Virus record (IMG/VR): IMGVR_UViG_3300023174_000315
Span: 1 to 41,719 of that record
DNA from: a virus
Lineage: Duplodnaviria; Caudoviricetes
Strand: one strand, 5' to 3'
DNA length: 41,719 nt
Shown here: positions 25,768-36,456 of the stretch, one piece after another
Layout: the number at the start of each line of letters is the position of its first letter
Position numbering within the stretch: the first letter of the stretch is position 1
Notes under the pieces: generated by a model
Told to the model about the DNA's origin: nothing
The model's database searches: none
What the model saw: the letters and a program-made list of their open reading frames with translations, nothing else
Position numbers and translations under genes: made by a program

Positions 25768-28700
25768 ATGGCTAGAACGGCAGCTAATATACCCGTTGGT
25801 GCAGATACAAGGCCTCTTGAAAGAGATATTCAATCGGCTTTAAATAAAGAATTTAAATTAAAAGGTTTAAATGAAAAAGCCTTTACTCAACCTCTTGGAC
25901 GTATTACTGGTGCAGCTAATGAATTTCAAAAATCACTAGATGCTTCAAATGCTCGTGTTATTGCATTCGGTGCTAGTGCTGGAGCAATATTTACAGTTCA
26001 AAAAGCTTTTGGTGATTTAATCAAAAGCACAATAGAAGTAGAAAAATCATTAACAGATATTAATGTTATATTAAATGCCAGTAGCGCTACATTGGTGAAA
26101 TTTGGATCTGATCTTTTTGATGTTGCAAAAAGTACTGGACAAAGTTTTGAAATCGCTGCTTCTGCTGCTACTGAATTTGCAAGACAAGGTTTAGGAGTAG
26201 AAGAAACTTTAAAAAGAACAAGAGATGCATTAATTCTAACAAGATTAAGTGGTCTTGACATAAATAGTAGTTTAGAAGCTCTTACCGCTACAATTAATTC
26301 TTTTAATAAAGAAGCACTCGATTCAACAACTATTATTAATAAATTAGCAAATGTTGACGCAGCATTCGCAGTTAGTTCTGGTGATCTTGCAGAAGCAATC
26401 AAAAGAGTTGGTGCTTCAGCTGGAGATGCTGGAGTAAGTTTAGATGAATTACTAGCTATCGTAACTAGCGTTCAGCAAACCACAGCAAGAGGTGGTGCTG
26501 TTATTGGTAATTCTCTTAAAACAATTTTTACAAGAATTCAAAGAACAGATACATTAAATGCTTTAGAAGATTTAGGAATTAAAGTAAGAGATGTTGAAGG
26601 TAATACATTACCAGCAATTCAAGTTTTAACTAATTTATCTCAAACATTTGATAAATTAAATGATTCTCAAAAAGCAGCTACTGGAGAATTAGTCGGTGGA
26701 GTTTTCCAAATCAATATCTTAAAAGCAGCTTTAAAAGATTTAGGTAGTGAATATTCTGTTTATAGTAATGCATTAAATACTTCTAAAAATGCCACAGATC
26801 AAGCTATAACTCGAAATGAAGCTTTAAATCAAACGTTATCAGCTTTAGTAAATCAAACTCTTGTTAATTTCCAACAACTAGGAGCTACAATTGGAAAAGG
26901 GGCTTTTCAACCAGCAATAGAAAATGTACTTGGTTTAATAAATTCTGGACTACAAGGCATCAATAATGCTGATACAGAAAGTGCTGGAAGTAAGATTGGA
27001 CAAGGTATATTAAAAGGAATATCAACATTTATTTCTGGTCCAGGTTTAGCTTTAGCTACAGCAGTTATTGGAAAATTATTTCTTGATTTAGGAAAATTTG
27101 CTGCGACATCAACACAAGCTCTTTTAGGACTAGGTAAACAATCTGCAGAAAGAGCACAATTAGAAACTAGAATAAGTACAATTTTAGCCCAAGAACCACA
27201 ACTTTTAGCAGCAATAGCGAGCAAACAAGTTAGCGTTTTATCTATTGAAGAAAAAATATTAGGAATTTTACAAGCACAAATTGCAGCAAGAGAACAAGCT
27301 GCAGCTGTTGCAAGTACAGTAACTACTGGTTTAATTGGAAAAGGTATTGGAGTTAAAGGTGGGCAAATTACTAAAACTAAAAGTGGTGGATTTATACCAA
27401 ATTTTGCAAATGCAGCATTATCAGAAGTATATGGAGCTTTATCTGGAGGTTATGTTCCAGGCCAAATTAAAAAAACAAATATAGCTGGTGCAGGATCAGT
27501 AGTATACAATAATGCAGAAACAGTTAAAAGATTTCCTGGAATGTCCCAACCAGCTATTATGCCTCCACAAGGAAGTCGTGCTGGTAAAAATTATCAAAAT
27601 CAATTTCAATCTCAATTAGGATTTAATCCATATGCAAGTTTTGGTTTTATTCCAAATTTTGCTAAAGGCGTAGTCAGTCCATTTGTTCAAAGTGCATTAG
27701 ATTCAGCATTAGCAAGTGGAGATTTAAGAACATTAGCAAGATTAGAAGGAAATGCTGCAACTGCTAGTAAATTAACAGCAGCAGATAAACTTGCAATTCA
27801 AGAAACAAGAGCTTCAATAAGTGCTTCAAGAGGAACAAAAGCAGAAAAAACAATTGTACCTTATAATGCAACTAAATTAGGATTAGTTGGAGTACAAGGA
27901 GCTACTGGACCATTAAATGCTACTTCTTCATTTGCTACTCTTGGATTTCCAAATGATCCTAGATATGTAAGATTTGAAGGAATACAAGCTAGAACTATAG
28001 ATGATTTAAGAAATTCAGAACTTAGAAATTCAAAAGATTTCTCTACAGAAATAAATACTTTATTTTCTAAACCACTTACAGATTTAGCTAGTAAGATTTT
28101 TGGCCCAGTTAATCCAGATCCAAAATTTTTAAATTTATTACAAGCCCAAGGAAGAGGTGCAGTAAATCTATTTCCTCCAGGAGCCGAGGGATCTATATTT
28201 GAAGCTGCAGTAAATTTAGGAACAAAAAAAGGAGTAGGAGCATTAGCTAAAGCATTTGATCAAGACACAGCACAAAAATATTTTGACTTTGAAGAAACTG
28301 GTTCTCCATCGCAAGCTTTCAATAAAAACTTTGGTTTCTCACCATATGTTATGAAAGCAGATGCAAAAAGAACTGTTGGGGCAGATCAAGCTAGAGATAT
28401 TATAGCTAAAGCATATAATTCTAATCTCGCAGGATTGCCTCAACCATTAAAAGCAGCATTAGGATTTATTCCAAATTATTCAGCTTTATCTAAAGCTATT
28501 GGTAGAGAAACTAAAAGTGGTACACCATTATCTAATGTTAGAATAGGTAGCAATTCATCATTAGTTTCTAGCTTAAATCCAATGGGATTAGGAGTTTATA
28601 ATACAAAAGATGAACCAAGAGGTTTAGGTCAAGGAATAGGAAGATATAAATCTATAAATGCAGCCAGAGGCGCTGGAGCATCTGGAGGATTTATTCCTAA

Positions 28701-28803
28701 CTACGCTAATCCCTCTCCAATTGCAATACAAAGAGAGATGCAAGTAAATGCTCAAATGCAAGCAGAAGTTACATCTAGGATAAAAGAAAAAAAAAAGCTT
28801 TAG
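25768..28803 (+). CDS. Tape measure protein, N-terminal part (TP901-family core)
   Basis: EFARQG..., LANVDAAFAVSSGDLAEAI and TARGGAVIGNSLKTIFTRI; Ala/Gly/Leu-rich; ends just after an A10 run. Confidence 0.9.
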   Translation: MARTAANIPVGADTRPLERDIQSALNKEFKLKGLNEKAFTQPLGRITGAANEFQKSLDASNARVIAFGASAGAIFTVQKAFGDLIKSTIEVEKSLTDINVILNASSATLVKFGSDLFDVAKSTGQSFEIAASAATEFARQGLGVEETLKRTRDALILTRLSGLDINSSLEALTATINSFNKEALDSTTIINKLANVDAAFAVSSGDLAEAIKRVGASAGDAGVSLDELLAIVTSVQQTTARGGAVIGNSLKTIFTRIQRTDTLNALEDLGIKVRDVEGNTLPAIQVLTNLSQTFDKLNDSQKAATGELVGGVFQINILKAALKDLGSEYSVYSNALNTSKNATDQAITRNEALNQTLSALVNQTLVNFQQLGATIGKGAFQPAIENVLGLINSGLQGINNADTESAGSKIGQGILKGISTFISGPGLALATAVIGKLFLDLGKFAATSTQALLGLGKQSAERAQLETRISTILAQEPQLLAAIASKQVSVLSIEEKILGILQAQIAAREQAAAVASTVTTGLIGKGIGVKGGQITKTKSGGFIPNFANAALSEVYGALSGGYVPGQIKKTNIAGAGSVVYNNAETVKRFPGMSQPAIMPPQGSRAGKNYQNQFQSQLGFNPYASFGFIPNFAKGVVSPFVQSALDSALASGDLRTLARLEGNAATASKLTAADKLAIQETRASISASRGTKAEKTIVPYNATKLGLVGVQGATGPLNATSSFATLGFPNDPRYVRFEGIQARTIDDLRNSELRNSKDFSTEINTLFSKPLTDLASKIFGPVNPDPKFLNLLQAQGRGAVNLFPPGAEGSIFEAAVNLGTKKGVGALAKAFDQDTAQKYFDFEETGSPSQAFNKNFGFSPYVMKADAKRTVGADQARDIIAKAYNSNLAGLPQPLKAALGFIPNYSALSKAIGRETKSGTPLSNVRIGSNSSLVSSLNPMGLGVYNTKDEPRGLGQGIGRYKSINAARGAGASGGFIPNYANPSPIAIQREMQVNAQMQAEVTSRIKEKKKL

Positions 28804-31800
28804 ATAGACTTACTCAAACAACAGAAAAAACAAAATTATCAGTTGATAAATTTGGAAATGCTGCTCTTGGTTTATCAATTGGTATTCCTATAATTTTACA
28901 AACAATAGGAGAATTTAATAGAGATAATCCTAAATTCCAAAATATTGCTGATTCAATAAGTAGTGCCATAAGTACAACTTTAACTGGAGCATTTGTTGGA
29001 GCACAAATAGGAGAAGGTGGAGGGATTTATGGTGCTGCAGGAGGAGCTGCAGTTGGAGCTGGAATTGGTCTTTATAAATATTTTCAAGGATTAAAAGAAA
29101 TAGACGTACAAACTTACACAAAAGAATTACAAAGATTACAAGATGAATATAATAACAATGCCGCAGGTTTACAAAAAATTATTCCATTGACTCAAGAATA
29201 TCAAAGAATACAAAATTCAGATGCATCGCCAGATGTCAAACAAGCGAATTTAGATTTAATACAAAATCAATTAGCAGAAGCATTGGCTCCTGTTGGACAA
29301 TTAACCGCAGATAAAATATTCGCTGCAATTAAAAATGAAAATTTTGATGAAGTTGGTCAAATTATTGCTAAATCTTTAGCAGAGGGTGCAGCTGCGTCAT
29401 CTAATGAAGCATTAAAAGTATTTTTTGCACAAATTAAAGACACAGAAATTACTGATAAAAAGAAAGCTGGAGCTATTGCACAAGCTGCTACTGGATTAGT
29501 TAGTCCTACTGGTGGAAACTATATAAATGAATTATTAAAACAACAAGGTGGAAAAGAAGTTGTTGGAAATGTAATTAGTAATTTAGAAAAACTTCAAAAA
29601 CAAAGAAATGATTTACTTCAAAATCAACAACAAGCAATAGATAATATTGCAGGTCAAGTTCCAGAATTAAAAGCTAGTTTGGCTCAAAAACCACCAACTG
29701 GAACATTACAAGATCTTCAAGAAAGATTAAGTACAATAGTAGCTGGTGCTTCAGATGAAATTAAAGCTGATCCACTTGCATTTTTTGGTATTGGAAAAGG
29801 TGATTCTGAAAAATTATCAAAACTCCAAAGAGAATTAAATACTAATTTATCTGATATATTAAATGCAGTTGCACCAATATATCAATCTAGTGAAGAAGCA
29901 AGAGCAGAATTTGCTCAATTTGTAGAATTATCTAAAGATACTAATTTAAGTGAAGAAGCTGCCAATGAAGTAATAAATAAAATAATTAAAAGATTAAAAG
30001 ACGCTGGAGCAAATGTACAAAAAATTGGAGATATTGTTAAGAATAAAGGCATTCAAAATGCTGATGATTTTGTAAGAGCTTTTAAAAATAATACATTAAC
30101 CCTAGAAACAGCTAGAAAATATTTCGAAGAGACATTCAATAAAACAGAATTCCAAGCACTAGAAATACTAGGAAGAGAATATGATGCCTTAGCAAGAACA
30201 GTAGGAAAAGAAATTTTAAATCGTGAAAGTCGCGACAGAATAATGAATACTGTTACAGAACAAGAAAGAATTCTTAAGAAAAAATTAGATGATAGAATTA
30301 TTACTGAAGATCAATATAGAATAGGCCTTGATGGTTTAGTTAAGGATCAAGTTAATCTTGAGAAAAGAATGAAAGGATTAATATTCTCTGATCAATTCCA
30401 AACAGGAAGACAAACTGGAAGAGAAGCTAAAATACTAAGTGGTCAATTTAAATCAACAGATATAGCTCAAGCATTTTTTGATACTTTTGATTATTCTAAA
30501 GAAACATTATTTAGGGATGTTGAATTAGGTGCAATTGATAGCGCTAAAACAATTAAATCAGAGTTTAATAATGCCTTCCAAAGTATCATTGATGGAACAG
30601 CTAATGTTGGTGACGCATTCCAAACTATGGCTTCTAACATAGCGAAAAGAATACAACAAGTTGCACTCGAACTTGGGACAAATGTTTTCTTTAATAGTAT
30701 ATTTGGTTCAATGGGTGGATTACCTGATATATTTAAATCTGTAACTGGTGGTGGAGGAAAAGGATTATTTGGTTTTTCAAGAGGTGGAATGGTTAGAGGG
30801 TATGCATCTGGAGGAACAGTAGTTGGTGGTTCTGGAAATAAAGATGATGTTCCAGCTATGCTAAGTGGTGGTGAATATGTAATTAGAAAAAGTGCAGTTA
30901 ATAAATATGGAACTGGAATGCTCGGAATGTTAAATGGTGGAAGAGTAAAAAGATTTGCTGATGGAGGAGGAGCATTTTATAATTTAGCAAATACATATGC
31001 TTATAATGATCCTAATTATCCTACTGGAGGTGGAATGCAAGTTGATCCAAGGTTAAGTTTAATGGCGCTCTTAGATCCTAATAATCCACAAAATGCATTA
31101 AGAGATAAATACGAACAAAATCTAGCAAATTATTTAAATTATGTACAAGGAGTAGCAGATCAAAACGCACAAGAATCAGCAAGAATTTCTCAACTAAATA
31201 AAGAAATACGAGATCAATATAATAGTTCAAAAGAACAATCATTTTATGGTAGTTTAGCAGCATTTGGTATGACTGTTGCTGGTGGAGCGATTGCTTCTCA
31301 AGGTGGACTTGGTAAAATTTTAGGTTTTAATAGTTCTGTTGGTTCTAGTGCTGCTAGCAGTTTTAAGGGAAGTAGTATTGGAGGATCTAGTGGTTTTGGA
31401 ATGAGTTATGGGGTTGGTTCTAATGGAAAAGCTGTTATAGGAAAAAGACTTGGAGGAGAAATTAAACGATTTGCTTCTGGTGGGAATTCTGGAAAAGATG
31501 ATATTCCAGCATTATTAATGGGCGGAGAATATGTTATTAAAAAAGATGCAGTTAATACATATGGTAAAAAATTCTTTGATGATTTAAATTCTGGAAGAGT
31601 AAGTAAATTTGCGGCTGGTGGAATGGTTGGCACAGATTTTGGAAACGCAGGATCTTCATTTGGCCCTACAAATGAAAATAACATTAATATAACTGTAAAT
31701 GTTTCAAATCAAGGAACAACTCAAGAAACAGCAACTCAAACAAATAATGCTCAAGCAAATGACGAAGACATCAAAAGAAAAAGAGAGCTTGGTGACTTAA

Positions 31801-31886
31801 TCAAAAATCAAGTTATTAAAACTATCACAGATCAACAAAGACCTGGCGGATTATTAAGTAGCGCAAAATACAAACTAAGCGGTTAA
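28794..31886 (+). CDS. Tape measure protein, C-terminal part (-1 frame relative to the N-terminal part)
   Basis: The frame is open from 28779 through the track's 29187 ORF. It includes a Gly/Ala hydrophobic segment and two lambda-H-like motifs (ASGG..DDVPAMLSGGEYVI). Confidence 0.85.
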   Translation, partial: KALDRLTQTTEKTKLSVDKFGNAALGLSIGIPIILQTIGEFNRDNPKFQNIADSISSAISTTLTGAFVGAQIGEGGGIYGAAGGAAVGAGIGLYKYFQGLKEIDVQTYTKELQRLQDEYNNNAAGLQKIIPLTQEYQRIQNSDASPDVKQANLDLIQNQLAEALAPVGQLTADKIFAAIKNENFDEVGQIIAKSLAEGAAASSNEALKVFFAQIKDTEITDKKKAGAIAQAATGLVSPTGGNYINELLKQQGGKEVVGNVISNLEKLQKQRNDLLQNQQQAIDNIAGQVPELKASLAQKPPTGTLQDLQERLSTIVAGASDEIKADPLAFFGIGKGDSEKLSKLQRELNTNLSDILNAVAPIYQSSEEARAEFAQFVELSKDTNLSEEAANEVINKIIKRLKDAGANVQKIGDIVKNKGIQNADDFVRAFKNNTLTLETARKYFEETFNKTEFQALEILGREYDALARTVGKEILNRESRDRIMNTVTEQERILKKKLDDRIITEDQYRIGLDGLVKDQVNLEKRMKGLIFSDQFQTGRQTGREAKILSGQFKSTDIAQAFFDTFDYSKETLFRDVELGAIDSAKTIKSEFNNAFQSIIDGTANVGDAFQTMASNIAKRIQQVALELGTNVFFNSIFGSMGGLPDIFKSVTGGGGKGLFGFSRGGMVRGYASGGTVVGGSGNKDDVPAMLSGGEYVIRKSAVNKYGTGMLGMLNGGRVKRFADGGGAFYNLANTYAYNDPNYPTGGGMQVDPRLSLMALLDPNNPQNALRDKYEQNLANYLNYVQGVADQNAQESARISQLNKEIRDQYNSSKEQSFYGSLAAFGMTVAGGAIASQGGLGKILGFNSSVGSSAASSFKGSSIGGSSGFGMSYGVGSNGKAVIGKRLGGEIKRFASGGNSGKDDIPALLMGGEYVIKKDAVNTYGKKFFDDLNSGRVSKFAAGGMVGTDFGNAGSSFGPTNENNINITVNVSNQGTTQETATQTNNAQANDEDIKRKRELGDLIKNQVIKTITDQQRPGGLLSSAKYKLSG

Positions 31887-33298
31887 TTTAATCTAGAACA
31901 TTTAAAAGATATTAAATCTTTATCTAATATAATTTGATTCTTTTGTAGTTCTGGATTGTTATTTAAAAAGTAATTGATCTTATTTATGCTATATGTATAT
32001 TTGAATACTAAACAAAGTTCACCATCTTGATTAATGAATTTTTTAATGAATTTTAGATTTGAATTATATGCTTCAACAAATATATCTTCTTGGTCGCTAT
32101 TTATATTAAATTGAACTAATATTGATATTTCATCAATAAATTCAGTAACTTCTAATATTTCTACTGATTTTATATTAGATTGCTGTAAATAAGCAAAGTC
32201 TTCATTAACATCCTTATAAAGGCTAGAATTTAATTCATATACCCCTAATAAACCTTCTTGTACATAATTGGAGGATAAAGCCTCATTTTGGTCAACTTCG
32301 ACATCAGGAATCAAACATATTGTATTTTTACCAGCATTATTAGCTAGTGGAAAGTAGTTTTTATAGTCAATAAGGGCTATATTTTGATAATTATTAGGAT
32401 ATTTTATTGCTTCAAAGCTTTCTGGAGTAAATAAATACATAAAGCCTTGATAGAAAACCTCTATATTTGATTTATTTAGATTATTAAATATTGATATTTG
32501 ATCATTAAAAGAATCTAATACAAAAGAATTACAAAGATCTTGATCATATCTTGAGGTTAGAAAGCTATAAATATCAGATTGAAGTTTATTTAAAGGTATT
32601 ATCTTTACATTAATATTAAATAAATCTTGAATAATATAGGACTCAGAGAATGGTACTGTTAATAAAATGCTATCATCAGCATTATCCAACCATTTTGATT
32701 TTATATCTTCAACAAATAAATTTTTAAGTTTAACACTAGAATTAGGCGCATCAGTTATAATTAAGAATGAATAAACTTTTTCTGCTACAGCTTTATCTAG
32801 AAGTAACTTAATACTCATATTGTCATTACTTCTATAAACTTTTTTGAATAGATTATTTAAATCAGTTAAACTTGCATATTCAATATCAACTTCAAAGTTG
32901 TCTTTTTGTTTATTATTAAATTCAATTTTAAAATTTAAATTTTTATAAAAACTTAATTTATTATTATTCTTAATAAACTTTAATAGATTATTCTCAAATA
33001 AATATTCAAAGTAATTTTCTACTAAAGTAAAATTTTCTATATTTTGTAATTTATTTTTAACAACTGAATATGGACGCTCACGAGTACCTTTTCCACCAAC
33101 AATCGAGCTTTTTATTTTTAAATTATCTAAGATTTTTTCATTTTTAACATTTAAAAAAGTCTGTAATAAATTACCATCTATATCTTTAACATAAATATTG
33201 TAAGATGGAAATTCTGTTTCAATTTTAATTTCAGATGGAAGATCTCTATGAGTTTTCCAATTTATAATAAGATCTTTTTGATTTGTTATGTTTTTCAT
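31883..33298 (-). CDS. Hypothetical protein (N/K/I-rich), last gene of the tail-tip operon
   Basis: 471-aa ORF coupled to the J-like stop; no recognisable motif. Confidence 0.65.
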   Translation of the reverse strand: MKNITNQKDLIINWKTHRDLPSEIKIETEFPSYNIYVKDIDGNLLQTFLNVKNEKILDNLKIKSSIVGGKGTRERPYSVVKNKLQNIENFTLVENYFEYLFENNLLKFIKNNNKLSFYKNLNFKIEFNNKQKDNFEVDIEYASLTDLNNLFKKVYRSNDNMSIKLLLDKAVAEKVYSFLIITDAPNSSVKLKNLFVEDIKSKWLDNADDSILLTVPFSESYIIQDLFNINVKIIPLNKLQSDIYSFLTSRYDQDLCNSFVLDSFNDQISIFNNLNKSNIEVFYQGFMYLFTPESFEAIKYPNNYQNIALIDYKNYFPLANNAGKNTICLIPDVEVDQNEALSSNYVQEGLLGVYELNSSLYKDVNEDFAYLQQSNIKSVEILEVTEFIDEISILVQFNINSDQEDIFVEAYNSNLKFIKKFINQDGELCLVFKYTYSINKINYFLNNNPELQKNQIILDKDLISFKCSRLN

Positions 33299-36200
33299 AT
33301 TACATTAATTCCAGAAGCTAATACTTTATCAACAGATGCTTGTCCAGTTAATCTGATCCATCCTGTAGCTGGTGGAATTGATCTTTCATTTAAACTATTC
33401 ATAGAAAATGCTCTAAAGAAAAATGTTCCAGTTGTGAGTGGTGTGAAGAATGGAGGATATATATTATTTGTGTAATCAAATCCTGTTCTTAAGTTAGTAG
33501 AGAGTACATCTAAAAGATATTGTTCATCTGTTGATGATGTTGGGAAATTATTTCCAGTTATTTCATATACTCTATATTGAGTAACATCTGTAGCGTTATT
33601 TGGAGGTCTAATATTATAAACAATACTATTAATTCCACCTTGATAGCTAGTATATGGAACATTAAATCCATTTTTATAATTATTAGCAGAATCTCTAAAT
33701 AAAATACTAAGTTGTAAGTTTGGTGTTTGTGGTAAAGCTGGTCTTATTGGAACATTGATCAATGTGGCTGAGGCATCAATGTCAGAATATTTTTCTGGAA
33801 CATATTGTAAAGCATTTACTATAAATCCAGCTTTATCTTGTCCTTCTTCTGCAACTGATATAACTCTATATGATTTTGGCTCATTCAAATATCCTTCTAA
33901 ATAATATCCTGGATATACTGTGTTTGAAAGATTATTAATTTGTGATTTATTGTACAATCCACTAAATCCAGTAGCATTTATGTCCATAATCCATACTGTA
34001 TTATTTGGTAAATTATAATTAACATCATTAAGTCCAGAAGGTAAATTAATTTTAATATAATTCGAAAAATTACCACTTCCACTTGTTGTATAAAGTTGAG
34101 GGTTATTAATTGATATGGATTGTAATTGACTTCTTCTGAAAAAGCTACTATTCAATCCAGTTACTCCACTTGTTGTTACTCCAAATCCAGTAGCATATAA
34201 ATCGCCAAGATATGTTCCAAGACTAAGATTATATGTTGGAGTTAAGAAGTTTAAATTAAATTGATTATTAACTCCAGTTATTGAATTTAAATTTTCTGGA
34301 GTATAAAGGATATCAAGAGTTGCGCTTCCAGTAGTAAGTTCTAATGTTCTTCCTGCATAATTATTTATTTTTCTATTTTGATCATAAACTTGAATTATGT
34401 CTCCTGGGCTTAAGAAATTACCTTCTAAACCAGCTTTAAAAGTTACTGTTTCGGTTTCTTGATTTTCTGTTATTAGAAACCACTTTCCTAGTCTTCTGGC
34501 TTGATTTCTAGAAGTACAACCAAATGCGCTTACAGCTATTTCTCTTACTCCATATCTAATTAAACCTTCTTTATCTTCTACATATTCAATTGCTGGTTTA
34601 TAATTATCATTTTCATCATTATATCTAACAGTCGCAACAGTTCTTCTTACTTTTTTTGAACTGTCTGAATATGTAAAATCTCCATCAACAACATTACTAT
34701 TATTAAACAAGTAAATTGGATCTTTAGGTTTATCTTGATTAATAAAAATTTGACCAGCAGAATAATAAATTATACCTCTAAATATTGAAGCCATATCATT
34801 TAGAACTTTATAAGCTTCATCTTTTGATGCAATCATTACATTGCAAGTGAATCTTGGTTCTAATCCACCATTACCATCTGAAACTAATGTATCGCAGTAT
34901 TGAGAAATCTCGTATAATGTCCATTTATCAACTAAAAATGTATTTATATATTTTCCTAATCCAAATCTATTATTTGTTAGTAGATCATAAAAACACCAAG
35001 CTGGATTATCTGACCACGCTACTTTGAATTGACCATTCCAAGGACCACTATAAGTTCTTGAAATTGGATCATAGTTATAAGGGACTTTAATTTTTAAAAG
35101 TTGCATTTTATATGTTCTAGTAGGAATAGAACTAAAATATCTAGCATCAAATTGAGTATAAACAAGAGCCGCATCTGGATAAACAAATCTATCTGAATAA
35201 ACTTCAGTTATTGAATTTATAAATGTTTTATTTTGAAGAGTCGATCCAATTGGTTCTGCAGATGTTTTTAAAATATCTATTACCCAACCAATTTGATCTT
35301 GAAATAATGGAAAATTAGGTTTATTTTCTGCATATGGTCTTAAATTTATTTCATATGTAAAAATAGATGGTGCTGTTATTTTTCCTTTCACTTGTATTTC
35401 GTCTCTTGAATAATATTCGCTTATATATGGCGCATATTTCGATGTATCTAATCTAACGACTGATCCATCTTTAAATAATCTATAAATTACAAATCTAAAA
35501 TTTGATGTTTGTTTTAAAACATCTCCAACATTTGCAGCATTTCCACTTATAACAGATTCAAATAATCCATCAACTTGAATATTTACTTTTAGAGAAGATA
35601 CGTCAGTATTGTATATATAATATGTTTTTGGATAAGTTAAAAACTCTGTTGAACTTTTTTGAAAACCTCCATAAAGTCTATCACCATATGTATTTGTAAC
35701 AGATGTTTGTAATGGAATATTATTTTGATCCACTTGCCTACCAAAATAATCATATCTATTTTCATAAAGATTAAGATATGGATTATATATTGTATGATCA
35801 TTTGTTTTATTTCCAAATGTATATTTATAATTTACATATTGAAAATTAAAAAATCCTTGTAAATCAGAAATTGGAGTATCATTCCAAAAAATAGATCTTG
35901 CTTCTGCTGTAGATCTAGATGAATCAAATGGTTGAAATGTGACACTTGTATATCCTACATCTCCAGTTGTTTTTCCAGATAAATTTGGAATGTATATTCC
36001 AGTAACAAATCCCTGAATTGGTCCTTCACATACTAAGTCTAAAATTCCGATTGTATTTACAGTATTAAAAGCTCTATCATTATTTGAAGATGCATTATTA
36101 TTTACGCCAAAAATTCCTCTTAAATTTGGTGTTCCAACTGGTGGTCTTTGACCAATTCCATCAAAATTAAATACTAATGGTCCATATCTATCTCCAGTTA

Positions 36201-36453
36201 ATGTTAATATTGGATTATAATAAGAAGCAAATCCACTTGGTCCATAACTATAAGCATAATCAATTGCATTTAAAATTGGTTGTAATACTGCATTTTCTGC
36301 AGAAGAACCACTAAAACCAATTAAATAAAGACTTGAGCTTAAGTCTTGAGCTGTGCTTTGTGGAAAATTAAAACCACAATAATTTACTCCTATATTTCCT
36401 GGAAAGGCAATATATTCAAATCCTTCAGTAAATTTATTTGGTTGACCAGGCAT
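33295..36453 (-). CDS. Tail tip/central fibre protein, lambda gpJ-like
   Basis: LDLVCEGPIQG, AWSDNPAWCFYDLLTNNRFGLG, YCD.LVSDGNGGLEPRFTCN and AFGCTSRNQARRLGKW. Confidence 0.93.
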   Translation of the reverse strand: MPGQPNKFTEGFEYIAFPGNIGVNYCGFNFPQSTAQDLSSSLYLIGFSGSSAENAVLQPILNAIDYAYSYGPSGFASYYNPILTLTGDRYGPLVFNFDGIGQRPPVGTPNLRGIFGVNNNASSNNDRAFNTVNTIGILDLVCEGPIQGFVTGIYIPNLSGKTTGDVGYTSVTFQPFDSSRSTAEARSIFWNDTPISDLQGFFNFQYVNYKYTFGNKTNDHTIYNPYLNLYENRYDYFGRQVDQNNIPLQTSVTNTYGDRLYGGFQKSSTEFLTYPKTYYIYNTDVSSLKVNIQVDGLFESVISGNAANVGDVLKQTSNFRFVIYRLFKDGSVVRLDTSKYAPYISEYYSRDEIQVKGKITAPSIFTYEINLRPYAENKPNFPLFQDQIGWVIDILKTSAEPIGSTLQNKTFINSITEVYSDRFVYPDAALVYTQFDARYFSSIPTRTYKMQLLKIKVPYNYDPISRTYSGPWNGQFKVAWSDNPAWCFYDLLTNNRFGLGKYINTFLVDKWTLYEISQYCDTLVSDGNGGLEPRFTCNVMIASKDEAYKVLNDMASIFRGIIYYSAGQIFINQDKPKDPIYLFNNSNVVDGDFTYSDSSKKVRRTVATVRYNDENDNYKPAIEYVEDKEGLIRYGVREIAVSAFGCTSRNQARRLGKWFLITENQETETVTFKAGLEGNFLSPGDIIQVYDQNRKINNYAGRTLELTTGSATLDILYTPENLNSITGVNNQFNLNFLTPTYNLSLGTYLGDLYATGFGVTTSGVTGLNSSFFRRSQLQSISINNPQLYTTSGSGNFSNYIKINLPSGLNDVNYNLPNNTVWIMDINATGFSGLYNKSQINNLSNTVYPGYYLEGYLNEPKSYRVISVAEEGQDKAGFIVNALQYVPEKYSDIDASATLINVPIRPALPQTPNLQLSILFRDSANNYKNGFNVPYTSYQGGINSIVYNIRPPNNATDVTQYRVYEITGNNFPTSSTDEQYLLDVLSTNLRTGFDYTNNIYPPFFTPLTTGTFFFRAFSMNSLNERSIPPATGWIRLTGQASVDKVLASGINVI

Positions 36454-36456
36454 AAA

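Noticed and set aside
28801-28893. TAG stop-codon reassignment to explain the split TMP
   Set aside because: Read-through reaches TAA about 30 codons later, the continuation is in another frame, and other genes are intact under code 11.
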